This document shows, piece by piece, positions 27,413 through 35,356 of a stretch of DNA of 64,000 nucleotides (position 1 is its first letter; each line of letters opens with the position of its first letter). Origin of the DNA: Chloroflexota bacterium (GTDB taxonomy: Bacteria > Chloroflexota > Dehalococcoidia > UBA2979). Location of the stretch: positions 167,132-231,131 of the forward strand of contig JAQCIU010000001.1 of NCBI GenBank assembly GCA_027593235.1, given 5' to 3'. The notes beneath the pieces were generated by a model, which saw only the letters and a program-made list of their open reading frames with translations, did not search any database and had not been told where the DNA came from. Made by a program: the position numbers and the translations under genes.

Positions 27413-27437
27413 CAGCGGCGAACGGCCGCCGCTGCTA
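27410..27437 (+). other. 11-bp perfect-stem hairpin that includes the sir stop codon
   Basis: The sequence is TAGCAGCGGCG-aacggc-CGCCGCTGCTA. It may be an intercistronic attenuator or stabiliser. There is no U-tract. Confidence 0.4.
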
Positions 27438-27512
27438 GCACCTCTGCCGCCCATTCCCCCACTCGCGCCGGTCCTCCGGTGCGAGATACCGACTCCGAGG
27501 AGCACCAAGACC

Positions 27513-28259
27513 GTGACCACAGCCGCAAGTGACGACATCGAGACGTTAGCGCGCCAGCTCGAGGGCGCTCCGCCACGCGAGATCCTGGCCTACGCCGTCG
27601 GCGCCTACTCGCCCCACATCGCCGTCTCCTTCAGCGGCGCCGAGGACGTCGTCCTGATCGACCTCGCGAAACGCGCCGGCCTGCCGTTCCGTGTCTTCTC
27701 GCTCGACACCGGGCGGCTGCACGCGGAGACCTACCGCTTCATCGAGCGGGTCCGCGATCACTTCGACATCCCGATCGAGCTGTTCTCACCGCAGGCGGAA
27801 GCAGTCGAACGCCTCGTGCGTCAGAAGGGCCTGTTCTCGTTCTACGAGGACGGGCACAGCGAGTGCTGCGCGATCCGCAAGGTCGAGCCGCTCGGCCGCG
27901 CCCTCGAGGGCACTCGCGCCTACGTCACCGGCCTGCGCCAAGACCAGAGCCCCGCGACCCGCGATCAGCTCCCCGTCGCGGAGCTGGACCAGGGCCGTCG
28001 CGCCCTCGATGGCAACCCGCTGGTGAAGTTCAACCCGCTGGCTCACTGGACCGCGGCGGACGTCTGGCAGTACATCCGCGAGCGCGACATCCCCTACAAC
28101 GAGTTGCACGACCGAGGGTTCCGCTCGATCGGTTGCGAGCCCTGCACGATGGCGACCAACCCCGCCCAGCAAGAGCGCGAGGGCCGCTGGTGGTGGGAAG
28201 AGGCGACGCAGCGCGAGTGTGGCCTGCACCTCCCCACGATCGCCGCGGTACGGAGCTAG
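27513..28259 (+). CDS. cysH: Adenylyl-/phosphoadenylyl-sulfate reductase, Fe-S (APS-reductase-like) type
   Basis: The fold is PAPS_reduct-like. The Cys pairs HSECCAIRKVEPL and SIGCEPCT plus the C-terminal ECGLH are present. A GAGGAG SD precedes GTG 27513. Confidence 0.8.
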   Translation: MTTAASDDIETLARQLEGAPPREILAYAVGAYSPHIAVSFSGAEDVVLIDLAKRAGLPFRVFSLDTGRLHAETYRFIERVRDHFDIPIELFSPQAEAVERLVRQKGLFSFYEDGHSECCAIRKVEPLGRALEGTRAYVTGLRQDQSPATRDQLPVAELDQGRRALDGNPLVKFNPLAHWTAADVWQYIRERDIPYNELHDRGFRSIGCEPCTMATNPAQQEREGRWWWEEATQRECGLHLPTIAAVRS

Positions 28260-28263
28260 CGCC

Positions 28264-28557
28264 GTGGAAGTCGTAGTGATCTCGGTGCTGCTGGTGACGG
28301 CGTTCTGCCTGCTGACGGTGCTGCCGACCTCGATCTGCCTGCGCGCCGCCGAGGAGCGCGGCGTTGATCCGTTGATCGGCCTCTTCGTCGGTGTGCTGCT
28401 GAGCTGGGTCGGCGTGATCGTCTTCGCGCCGGCCGCGGGCCGTCGCCGGGCCTCGAGCGGTGCGGGCGAAGCACCGAGGCCGTCACCGCCGTCCGAGGCG
28501 TTCGTCGCCCCGGACCGCGGCAGCTCGCCCGTCATCTCGGGAACGCGAGGGCGGTAG
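28264..28557 (+). CDS. Small two-TM membrane protein with Pro/Ser/Arg-rich tail (hypothetical)
   Basis: VEVVVISVLLVTAFCLLTVLPTSI and LIGLFVGVLLSWVGVIVFAPA are hydrophobic segments. The gene starts 4 nt after the cysH stop. The start choice is tentative. Confidence 0.4.
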   Translation: MEVVVISVLLVTAFCLLTVLPTSICLRAAEERGVDPLIGLFVGVLLSWVGVIVFAPAAGRRRASSGAGEAPRPSPPSEAFVAPDRGSSPVISGTRGR

Positions 28558-28607
28558 CCCGCTCGGCTGGCCAGCCCCGCTGGCCGGCCCCGCTGGCCGG
28601 CCCCGCT
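28558..28607. repeat. About 3.5 tandem copies of a 13-nt unit (CCCCGCTGGCCGG) filling a convergent intergenic gap
   Basis: Full units lie at 28575-28587 and 28588-28600, with partial copies on either side. The region contains the hairpin GGCCAGC-CCC-GCTGGCC (28569-28585). Confidence 0.8.
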
Positions 28608-29709
28608 ACGTCGCGACGGTCACCCGCGCGCCGGTCTCCGAGGAGCGCTCGATCGCCTCGAGGAGCCGGTGCCGCTGCACCGCCACCGCGAAGTCCGGCG
28701 CGAACGGATCGTTGGCGCCCAGCGCGTCGGCCATCCGCGTGTACGCGTGCGCCACGTTCCGAGGCGGCCCCGCCGGCGTCCCTTCGGGCACGGCCTCGTA
28801 CTCGTCGGGCGGCGCCATCTCGACCATCGCCTCGGTCCCTTGCGCGCCGAGCAGTGTCACCGGGCCGATGTTCATCGAACCCGCGCTGAGGAACAACGAG
28901 CCCTTGGTGCCGTAGATCTCCAGCCGGGTCCCGGTCGGGCTCGATGGCACCGTCGCTACCTGAATCCCGATCTCCGCGCCGCTGGCGGTGCGCCCCGCGA
29001 CCGTGATGTTGTCGGGCGCATCGACGGCGATGGTTTCGTTTGTGTCGGTGTCGTGCCACTCGGCGATCTGCGTCGTCACGCGCCCGGCTACCTCGGTGAT
29101 TTCGCCGACGATGAAACAGAGCGCGTCGATCGCGTGGCCGCCGGGGATGGTCAGCGGGTTCGCGCCGTTTGCGCGCACCGCCTGCCAGCTCCGGCCAGAG
29201 CCACGCTCGGTCACTGCCTGGGTCATCACGCTCAGGTTGGCCGTCAGCACCTCGCCGATGTGGCCCCGCGCGACGAGGTCACGCGCATAGCGAACGCTCG
29301 GATCGCTGCGCGCCTGTAGCCCCACCGAGGTGCGCAGACCTCGGTCCCGCGCGAGGTTCGCCATCTCCTCGGCCTCCGCGAGCGTCGCGCCCAGCGGCCA
29401 CTCACAGAACGTCGGCTTGCCAGCCTCCAGCGAGGCCATCACGAGCTGGTGGTGCAACGGCACGCGTACTGATACCGACACGATGTCGACCTCGTCGCTG
29501 TGCACCATGTCGTTGATGTCGTGGAACGCGAGCCGCGCGCCGAACTGCTTGGCGGACGCCTGCGCGGTGTCCTCGTGAGCGGTGCAGACCGCCGCCAGTT
29601 CGAAGTCGGGCAAGACGTTGAGCGCCGGCACGTGCGCGTTCGCACCCCAGCCGCTGCCGCCGGGGGTCACCGTCGCGCCGACGATGCCCATGCGGATCGG
29701 GTTAGCCAT
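28606..29709 (-). CDS. Gfo/Idh/MocA family oxidoreductase
   Basis: IRMGIVGATVTPGGSGWGANAHVPAL ... DIVSVSVRVPLHHQLVMASLEAGKPTFCEWP fits the family. Start is ATG 29709. Confidence 0.85.
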   Translation of the reverse strand: MANPIRMGIVGATVTPGGSGWGANAHVPALNVLPDFELAAVCTAHEDTAQASAKQFGARLAFHDINDMVHSDEVDIVSVSVRVPLHHQLVMASLEAGKPTFCEWPLGATLAEAEEMANLARDRGLRTSVGLQARSDPSVRYARDLVARGHIGEVLTANLSVMTQAVTERGSGRSWQAVRANGANPLTIPGGHAIDALCFIVGEITEVAGRVTTQIAEWHDTDTNETIAVDAPDNITVAGRTASGAEIGIQVATVPSSPTGTRLEIYGTKGSLFLSAGSMNIGPVTLLGAQGTEAMVEMAPPDEYEAVPEGTPAGPPRNVAHAYTRMADALGANDPFAPDFAVAVQRHRLLEAIERSSETGARVTVAT

Positions 29710-29790
29710 CGTTCTCTCCTTCGTGGGTTTGAAATGGGACGCAACACTACGCCTTCGGCGCGGCGTCGTTCGCGGCATGGGCGCGAACGC

Positions 29791-31728
29791 CTACTCCGAG
29801 GTCGTGACCTCGATCTCCAACCAGCCGTAACCCGGCGAGCTCTCCAGCGTCTCGACGCGCAGATAGCGCACCGTCCATTCGCCGGCGACGGACAGCTCCT
29901 GCCCCCACGCCGTGTCGCCCTCGAGGATGGCCAACTCCCCCGTCGGTGCCGGGTCCGGACCGCCGAGGATGCGGTGTCGGCTCAGCGACGCCGGATCCTG
30001 ATCGACCCAGAGCCGCACCTGCGTCACCGTCACCTCCGAGCCGAGGTCGATCTCGATCCAGCCCGGCGGCGGCCCCGCGGCGACCCAGCCACCGAGGTCG
30101 TGGCTGCCATCGACCGCCCCCGCCGGAGGGAACGCCGGGGCGAACGAGGACGCCGTGACCGCGCTCGCCTCGGTGGTCGCTCCGCCCCCGCCTCCGAGGT
30201 CGCCCTCGCGGAGCGGCGCTAGCGTCGTCTCGTCAAGCAGCCGCTCTGGGATCGCCTGCCCGAACCCCGCGCACCACCCGTCGCGGTCGAACCCGCACCA
30301 GAGCAGCTCACCATCGATGAACGTCGCATCGACGCTGATCGCGCGCAGCGCCTCCGGGTCGGCCGCTCCTTCGCGGAGGTCGCCCGACATCACCACGAAG
30401 TCCGCCAGCATCCCCGGCTGCAGGCTGCCGCGCGTGTCCTCCTCGAACGTGGAGAAGGCGGCGCGCCAGGTCAGACTCTCCAACGCCTGATCGATCGTCA
30501 TGAGCTGTTCAGCGCGGCCCGGCCACGGCTCGTTGCCCACCTCGCTCACCCCGGTCAGCGCACCGTGGAGCATCTGCATCACCGAGATCGTGAACGGCGA
30601 GCGCAGCCCCTCCAGCGGCGCGACCGCCATGCTCCCGGCCACCGGCAGGCCGGCCTCGAACATCTTCGAGAACGGCCACGCAACCTCGACGCCGTCGTCG
30701 CTGACCATCTCGTCGAAGCCAGATTCGAGGCGGAAGTCGGCCTCGATCGCCCCGAGTTGCACGACAGGCACGAGGCCCGCCGCGGCCACGCGCTCGATCT
30801 GGTCATCGCGCAGCTCCAGCGCGTGCTCCAGCCGGTGGCGCCGGTCATCTTCGGCGCTCGTGACGCCCTCGAACGCGACGAGTGCCATATCGAGGACATC
30901 GTCGCTGAGCTGCTTCACCGCGATCTGCCAGCCGGCGGCGTGGTGCTCGGCAACGACCGCGTTCAGCTCCGCCTGCGTCCACTTCCGCACGCTGTCCCAG
31001 TCCGAGGCGACGAAGATCTTCACGCCCGGGATCGTCAGTCGCTCGCCGATCGTGTCGCCGGGCTGGATCCCGTATGCCTCGTACCAGTTGCCGTGGCGGT
31101 CCTGGTCGGTGCCCGGTGTGTTCAGGCTGAGGTAGGCGTTCATCCGCAGCGCGATCCGGCCGTCGCGGTGCCAGCCGAAGAACTCGTCCGCGAAGTGCGG
31201 CTCGATGTTCGCGTCATTCGTGCCGGTCCAGCCGCGGCTGAGCAGCACCTGGTTCACCTGCTCCGGCCCGTAGTCGCCCAGCCGCCCGGCCTGGTACCAG
31301 TGCGAGTGCGCATCGATGAAGCCGGGGAACACCACGCGATCCTCGAGGTCGACGATCAGCGCCTCCGGACCGGCCAGCGCGAGCACGGAGTCCGCGTCGC
31401 CCACCGCGACGATCAGGTTGCCGTCGATGGCCATCGCTTCGGCCTCGGGCGGCGCGCCGGCGATCCCGTCGGCCATCGTGACGATCGTGCCGCCGGTCAG
31501 TACGAGGTCAATGACACCGTCCAGCGCACCGACGGAGCGCACCTCGATCGGCCCGCGCGCTGCGCCGGTAGCGGGGCCGGCGGTCGCCCCCGCCGCGGCG
31601 GTGCTCGAGGCCGTGGCCTCCGGCGTCGGCGATCCGGCGTCCGAGGTGCTTGAACACCGGATCGCTAGCAGGGCGCAGAGCGCTGCCAGAATCGCTAGTT
31701 GCCGCATCGTCAGTCGCCGCATCGCCAC
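29791..31728 (-). CDS. Secreted amidohydrolase (Amidohydro_3/YtcJ-like) with C-terminal F5/8 type C (discoidin) domain
   Basis: The signal-like N terminus is MRQLAILAALCALLAIRCSS. VVFPGFIDAHSHWYQ is the metal-binding motif. The C-terminal segment is AVDGSHDLGGWVAAGPPPGWIEIDLGSEVTVTQVRLWV. Confidence 0.75.
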   Translation of the reverse strand: MAMRRLTMRQLAILAALCALLAIRCSSTSDAGSPTPEATASSTAAAGATAGPATGAARGPIEVRSVGALDGVIDLVLTGGTIVTMADGIAGAPPEAEAMAIDGNLIVAVGDADSVLALAGPEALIVDLEDRVVFPGFIDAHSHWYQAGRLGDYGPEQVNQVLLSRGWTGTNDANIEPHFADEFFGWHRDGRIALRMNAYLSLNTPGTDQDRHGNWYEAYGIQPGDTIGERLTIPGVKIFVASDWDSVRKWTQAELNAVVAEHHAAGWQIAVKQLSDDVLDMALVAFEGVTSAEDDRRHRLEHALELRDDQIERVAAAGLVPVVQLGAIEADFRLESGFDEMVSDDGVEVAWPFSKMFEAGLPVAGSMAVAPLEGLRSPFTISVMQMLHGALTGVSEVGNEPWPGRAEQLMTIDQALESLTWRAAFSTFEEDTRGSLQPGMLADFVVMSGDLREGAADPEALRAISVDATFIDGELLWCGFDRDGWCAGFGQAIPERLLDETTLAPLREGDLGGGGGATTEASAVTASSFAPAFPPAGAVDGSHDLGGWVAAGPPPGWIEIDLGSEVTVTQVRLWVDQDPASLSRHRILGGPDPAPTGELAILEGDTAWGQELSVAGEWTVRYLRVETLESSPGYGWLEIEVTTSE

Positions 31729-31818
31729 CCGTCCCGTCCGTCGCCCGGAAACCTACCCGAGCTGCCGCGCCGGTCGAGTCGAGCTTCAGGGACCGGGCCC
31801 GCTACCTCCCGACCCTCG

Positions 31819-32991
31819 CTAGGCGAACCGGGGCGCCAGCCGTGCGTCGACATCCTCGCCCTTCAGTACCGCCGCGCCGAGCCGCCCAATCTCGTCCGAG
31901 GACTTCGCACCCTTGCCGTTCCCGCCAATCGCGACCGCCAGCCGCTGGCTGACCATCCCGACGTATGGGTGCCCCGAGGCGGTGATGGTGTAGACGCAGT
32001 TCGCCGTGTGGCGCGGGGCGCCGGCGAGTGACGGGATCATCGCACTCAGCGCCTCTTCGGCGGCCAGCCGCTCTAGCGGATCGCCGTTCTCGGATCGGAA
32101 CCACGCGGTGATCGCCTCCGGCGTCCGCAGCGCGCCGTCCCACTCGTCCATGCCGATCTTCACGTAGGTCTCGCCATCCGGGTACGTCACCGGTGGCAGC
32201 AGGTAACTCGCGCGCCCGTCCGCGGGCACGTGGATGATGCTCGGCATCCCGGCCAGCGCCTCGCGCTGCGCGGCATCGAGGCGTGCGAACAGCAGTGTCC
32301 GCGCCTGCACCTCGAGCGCGAGCGGGCGGATCAGCAACTCGTTGGCGAACGCGCCCGCCGTGATCAGCGCGCGCCGCGCCAGCACGCGTGTCGCGTCGTC
32401 GGTCAGGACGTCCACCGCGTCGATCGCGTCCGTCACGGTGATCGCTGTCCGCGGCAGGATTGTCGCGCCATGCTTCTTCGCCGCGGCGAGCTGCGCTCGC
32501 ACCAACGCCCGAGGGTTGATCCGCCCCGCCGGCCCCGGTTCCAGGAACGCCTTGAGCTGTGGGTCGAAGCGGAGAAACGGAAACCGCGCGGCGAGCGCCG
32601 CCGCGTCGAAATGCTCCGCTGTCGCGCCCTCGGCCTGTCCGACCTCCTCGGACGGCGCCAGCAGCCGCCCCTGCGGGGAGCCGACCCCGAGGTACCCGTT
32701 CGGCGTGTGGAAGGTGATCCCCGAGTCCGCCTCGATTTCTGCGTAGCGATCGATCGAGGCGCGGGCCAGCCGCGACCACAGCGGATCCGCGTCGTAGACG
32801 CGCGTGATCCGCCCCTCGTCGTAGTGACTGGCGAACGGCCCTCGATGCGTCGCGCGGTCCTCGGGCTCCGGCGGCGCCAGTAGCACCACGTCGTGCCCGT
32901 CGCTCGCGAGGTGGCGCGTCGCCGCCGATCCGAACAGCCCGCCGCCGATCACCGCGAACTCGAAGATGTGGTTTGGCCCGTAGACGATCAT
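31819..32991 (-). CDS. FAD-dependent oxidoreductase (DAO/sarcosine-oxidase-like)
   Basis: FEFAVIGGGLFGSAATRHLASDGHDVVLL is the dinucleotide-binding motif. Start is ATG 32991. Confidence 0.8.
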   Translation of the reverse strand: MIVYGPNHIFEFAVIGGGLFGSAATRHLASDGHDVVLLAPPEPEDRATHRGPFASHYDEGRITRVYDADPLWSRLARASIDRYAEIEADSGITFHTPNGYLGVGSPQGRLLAPSEEVGQAEGATAEHFDAAALAARFPFLRFDPQLKAFLEPGPAGRINPRALVRAQLAAAKKHGATILPRTAITVTDAIDAVDVLTDDATRVLARRALITAGAFANELLIRPLALEVQARTLLFARLDAAQREALAGMPSIIHVPADGRASYLLPPVTYPDGETYVKIGMDEWDGALRTPEAITAWFRSENGDPLERLAAEEALSAMIPSLAGAPRHTANCVYTITASGHPYVGMVSQRLAVAIGGNGKGAKSSDEIGRLGAAVLKGEDVDARLAPRFA

Positions 32992-33147
32992 ATCGCTCCT
33001 CGCGGGTCGCACCGGGGCGTCGCGCGTTGGCCGGGCGTGGCCGCGCGCTCACCCTGGGCGGCGGAGCACACGATACTAGGCAGGGCACTGCGCGGGGCGT
33101 CCGTGTTTCGGGCGCCACTGATTCGAGCGCGCCGTCGGGAGTCGTCC

Positions 33148-34014
33148 GTGGAAGTCCGTCGCTTCGACGACATCGACGCGTTCGCCGCGCGCGCCGTGCC
33201 GCACCTCGCGGCGCACGAGGCCGAGAGCAACCTCGAGCTCGGCATCATCGCCGCGATCCAGGCGGGCCGCTTCGCCGACGCTGCCCCGCTGCTCCTGTCC
33301 GTGGAAGCCGCTGGCGAGGTGCTCGGCGTGGCGATGCGTACGCCGCCCTTCGGGCTGCTGCTGTCCTCGCTGTTGCCGCCTGCCGCTGTGGCAGCGGTCG
33401 CCACCTGGCTGCGCGCATCCGACGACCCCGCTGCCGCGATCCCCGGAGTGCAGGGCGAGGTCTCGGTCGCGGCCGCATTCGTCGAGGCCTGGCATCGGAT
33501 CGCGGGCCCTCGAATGGCGGTTCACCGCGAGGAGCGGATCTACCGCCTGACGGCGGTGCGCCCCCCGACACCGCTTCCCGCGGGCACCCTCCGCGAGGTG
33601 CGGGCAGACGACCTCGCGCTTATCGTCGACTGGTTCGCGGCGTTCGCCGTCGACACCAACGACCCCGATCCGATCGATCCGGCGGTCGCCGCCGGCCGCG
33701 TCATCAGCGCTGGCTCTCCGGACTTCGGCCTCGCGATCTGGGACGTCGACGACACACCTCGATCGATGGCCGGCTACGGCGGTCCGACGGCCCACGGGAT
33801 CCGCGTCGGTCCCGTCTACACGCCGCCGGAGCAACGCCGTCGCGGCTACGCCGGCGCGCTGGTCGCGGCGCTGAGCCAGCACCTCCTCGATGGCGGCCGG
33901 CAGTTCTGCTTCCTCTTCACCGACCTGTCGAACCCGACCTCGAACCACGTCTACCAGCAGCTCGGCTACGAGCCGGTCAGCGACGTCACCCAGTGGCGGC
34001 TCATCGAGGGCTGA
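33148..34014 (+). CDS. GNAT family N-acetyltransferase (two-domain, ~288 aa)
   Basis: VGPVYTPPEQRRRGYAGALVAALSQHLL ... NHVYQQLGYEPV is the GNAT core. GTG 33148 is chosen because the upstream part of the track ORF overlaps the divergent gene. Confidence 0.75.
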   Translation: MEVRRFDDIDAFAARAVPHLAAHEAESNLELGIIAAIQAGRFADAAPLLLSVEAAGEVLGVAMRTPPFGLLLSSLLPPAAVAAVATWLRASDDPAAAIPGVQGEVSVAAAFVEAWHRIAGPRMAVHREERIYRLTAVRPPTPLPAGTLREVRADDLALIVDWFAAFAVDTNDPDPIDPAVAAGRVISAGSPDFGLAIWDVDDTPRSMAGYGGPTAHGIRVGPVYTPPEQRRRGYAGALVAALSQHLLDGGRQFCFLFTDLSNPTSNHVYQQLGYEPVSDVTQWRLIEG

Positions 34015-34038
34015 CCGCGCGTCCCCGACGGCCGCCGC

Positions 34039-34794
34039 CTATCGCATCAGCCAGCGCAGCGAGTCGGCGAAGATCGCGCCGCCATGGCGGCGGCTGTGCC
34101 CGCCCTCCCCGAAGACGAAGCGGTAGTCGTACCCGGCGTACTCGAGGGCCGCGACCAGCTGCTTGTTGGCGAGCGGCCAGTTGCCGACGGGATGATCGAG
34201 GTCGTTCGTGCCGCTGGTGAGGAAGAGCCGGAGCGGCTTCGGCTCGGTGGTGCGGACGAGGTAGGGGTAGTTGTGGCCACCTCGGATGTTGGCGAAGGAG
34301 CCGCAGTGGCTGAGCACACGGCCGAAGGCGTCCGGGCGATGCCAGGCGGCGGTGAACGCGGCGATGCCGCCGCTGGAGATGCCACCGATCAGGCGCTGTG
34401 CCGGGTCGGTCGAGAGCGGGCGACCGATCCGCTCCTCGACGAACGGGAGCAGGTCATCGAGGAGGAACGTGACGTACGCATCGGTCAGCGTGTCGTACTC
34501 GATGCTGCGCTGGTCGCCGAGCGTTGCGTCGATCGTGGGGTTGGGTGGGTTGCGGACGCCGGGGTCGACGAACACCGCGACCGTGGGCGGCAACTCCCCG
34601 GCGTGGACCAGCGTGTCGAGGACGGCGGGGACGCGGACGGCGCCTCCGTTGTCGACATAACCATTGCCGTCCTGGAACACCATCAGCGCAGGCGGCTCCG
34701 CCGAGCCTGCGAGTTGAGCTGAACGGTAGATCCAGACGTTGCGGGTAGTACCGGCGAAGACGTCGGTGTCGGTCCATGCCTCCGCCGATCGCAA
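34039..34794 (-). CDS. Esterase family protein (PF00756-like alpha/beta hydrolase)
   Basis: VWIYRS ... PPALMVFQDGNGYV and GISSGGIAAF (GxSxG) fit the family. The start is TTG, with an in-frame stop 5 codons upstream and no clear SD. Confidence 0.7.
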   Translation of the reverse strand: MRSAEAWTDTDVFAGTTRNVWIYRSAQLAGSAEPPALMVFQDGNGYVDNGGAVRVPAVLDTLVHAGELPPTVAVFVDPGVRNPPNPTIDATLGDQRSIEYDTLTDAYVTFLLDDLLPFVEERIGRPLSTDPAQRLIGGISSGGIAAFTAAWHRPDAFGRVLSHCGSFANIRGGHNYPYLVRTTEPKPLRLFLTSGTNDLDHPVGNWPLANKQLVAALEYAGYDYRFVFGEGGHSRRHGGAIFADSLRWLMR

Positions 34795-34820
34795 CCGCCG
34801 TGCCGATCAATCGACGCGAG

Positions 34821-34858
34821 GCATAAAGAAAGGCGGCCCGCTGGATGCGAGCCGCCTT
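34821..34858 (-). terminator. Canonical intrinsic terminator downstream of the HU gene
   Basis: The minus strand reads AAGGCGGCUCGCAUCCAGCGGGCCGCCUU followed by UCUUUAU, 27 nt after the stop. Confidence 0.7.
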
Positions 34859-34884
34859 CCTGGCGATCAGCGGGTTGGGGAGGG

Positions 34885-35178
34885 CTAGACGGCGACCCGG
34901 TCGCGCAGGCCCTTGGCGGCCTTGAACGCGGCAACCTTCTTCGCCGCAATCTGGATCGTCGCACCGGTCGCCGGGTTGCGACCTTCGCGTGCACCACGGC
35001 TTCGCGTCTCGAACTTCCCGAAGCCCGCGATCGTCACGTCGCGTCCCGCGTCCAGTTCAATCGCGATGATGCCCTTACCGTCTTCCACGCTGAACAGCGT
35101 GTCGACGATTTCCATTGCCTTCGCTCGCGTCAGGTCAGTCTTCCCTGCGAGCTTCTCGGCCAGTTCCGTCTTGTTCAT
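34885..35178 (-). CDS. hup: HU-family nucleoid-associated DNA-binding protein
   Basis: MNKTELAEKLAGKTDLTRAKAMEIVDTLF ... GFGKFETRSRGAREGRNPATGATIQIAAKKVAAFKAAKGL fits HU. A GAGGAGGA SD is present. Confidence 0.9.
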   Translation of the reverse strand: MNKTELAEKLAGKTDLTRAKAMEIVDTLFSVEDGKGIIAIELDAGRDVTIAGFGKFETRSRGAREGRNPATGATIQIAAKKVAAFKAAKGLRDRVAV

Positions 35179-35356
35179 CGATCCTCCTCGGCTGCTCCTG
35201 GGCCCCGCCGACTCCAAAAAAATGCCCATACTGACGGGCTGAATTGAAAATAATCCTAGCGCGCGGCTGTCCGGTTGTCGATGGGGATCGGCTGAATAGC
35301 TGCGCGAATGATCATTTGAGGGGACCACCCACCCTCGGTGATACACTCCGCGCACC

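Noticed and set aside
25586-27538. A 650-aa minus-strand ORF.
   Set aside because: It is antisense to the sulfite reductase gene, which has unambiguous siroheme and Fe-S motifs. The composition is Arg/Gly/Ala/Val/Asp-rich junk.
28558-28607. A possible CRISPR array or mini-array.
   Set aside because: The repeat unit is only 13 nt, the copies are directly adjacent with no spacers, and no cas genes are present in the window.
34039-34794. The esterase gene as an N-terminally truncated pseudogene (TTG start, no SD, in-frame stop 5 codons upstream).
   Set aside because: The catalytic domain appears complete from the conserved ...RNVWIY... strand onward, with an intact GxSxG motif. Stand-alone ~250-aa members of this family exist, so truncation is not demonstrated.
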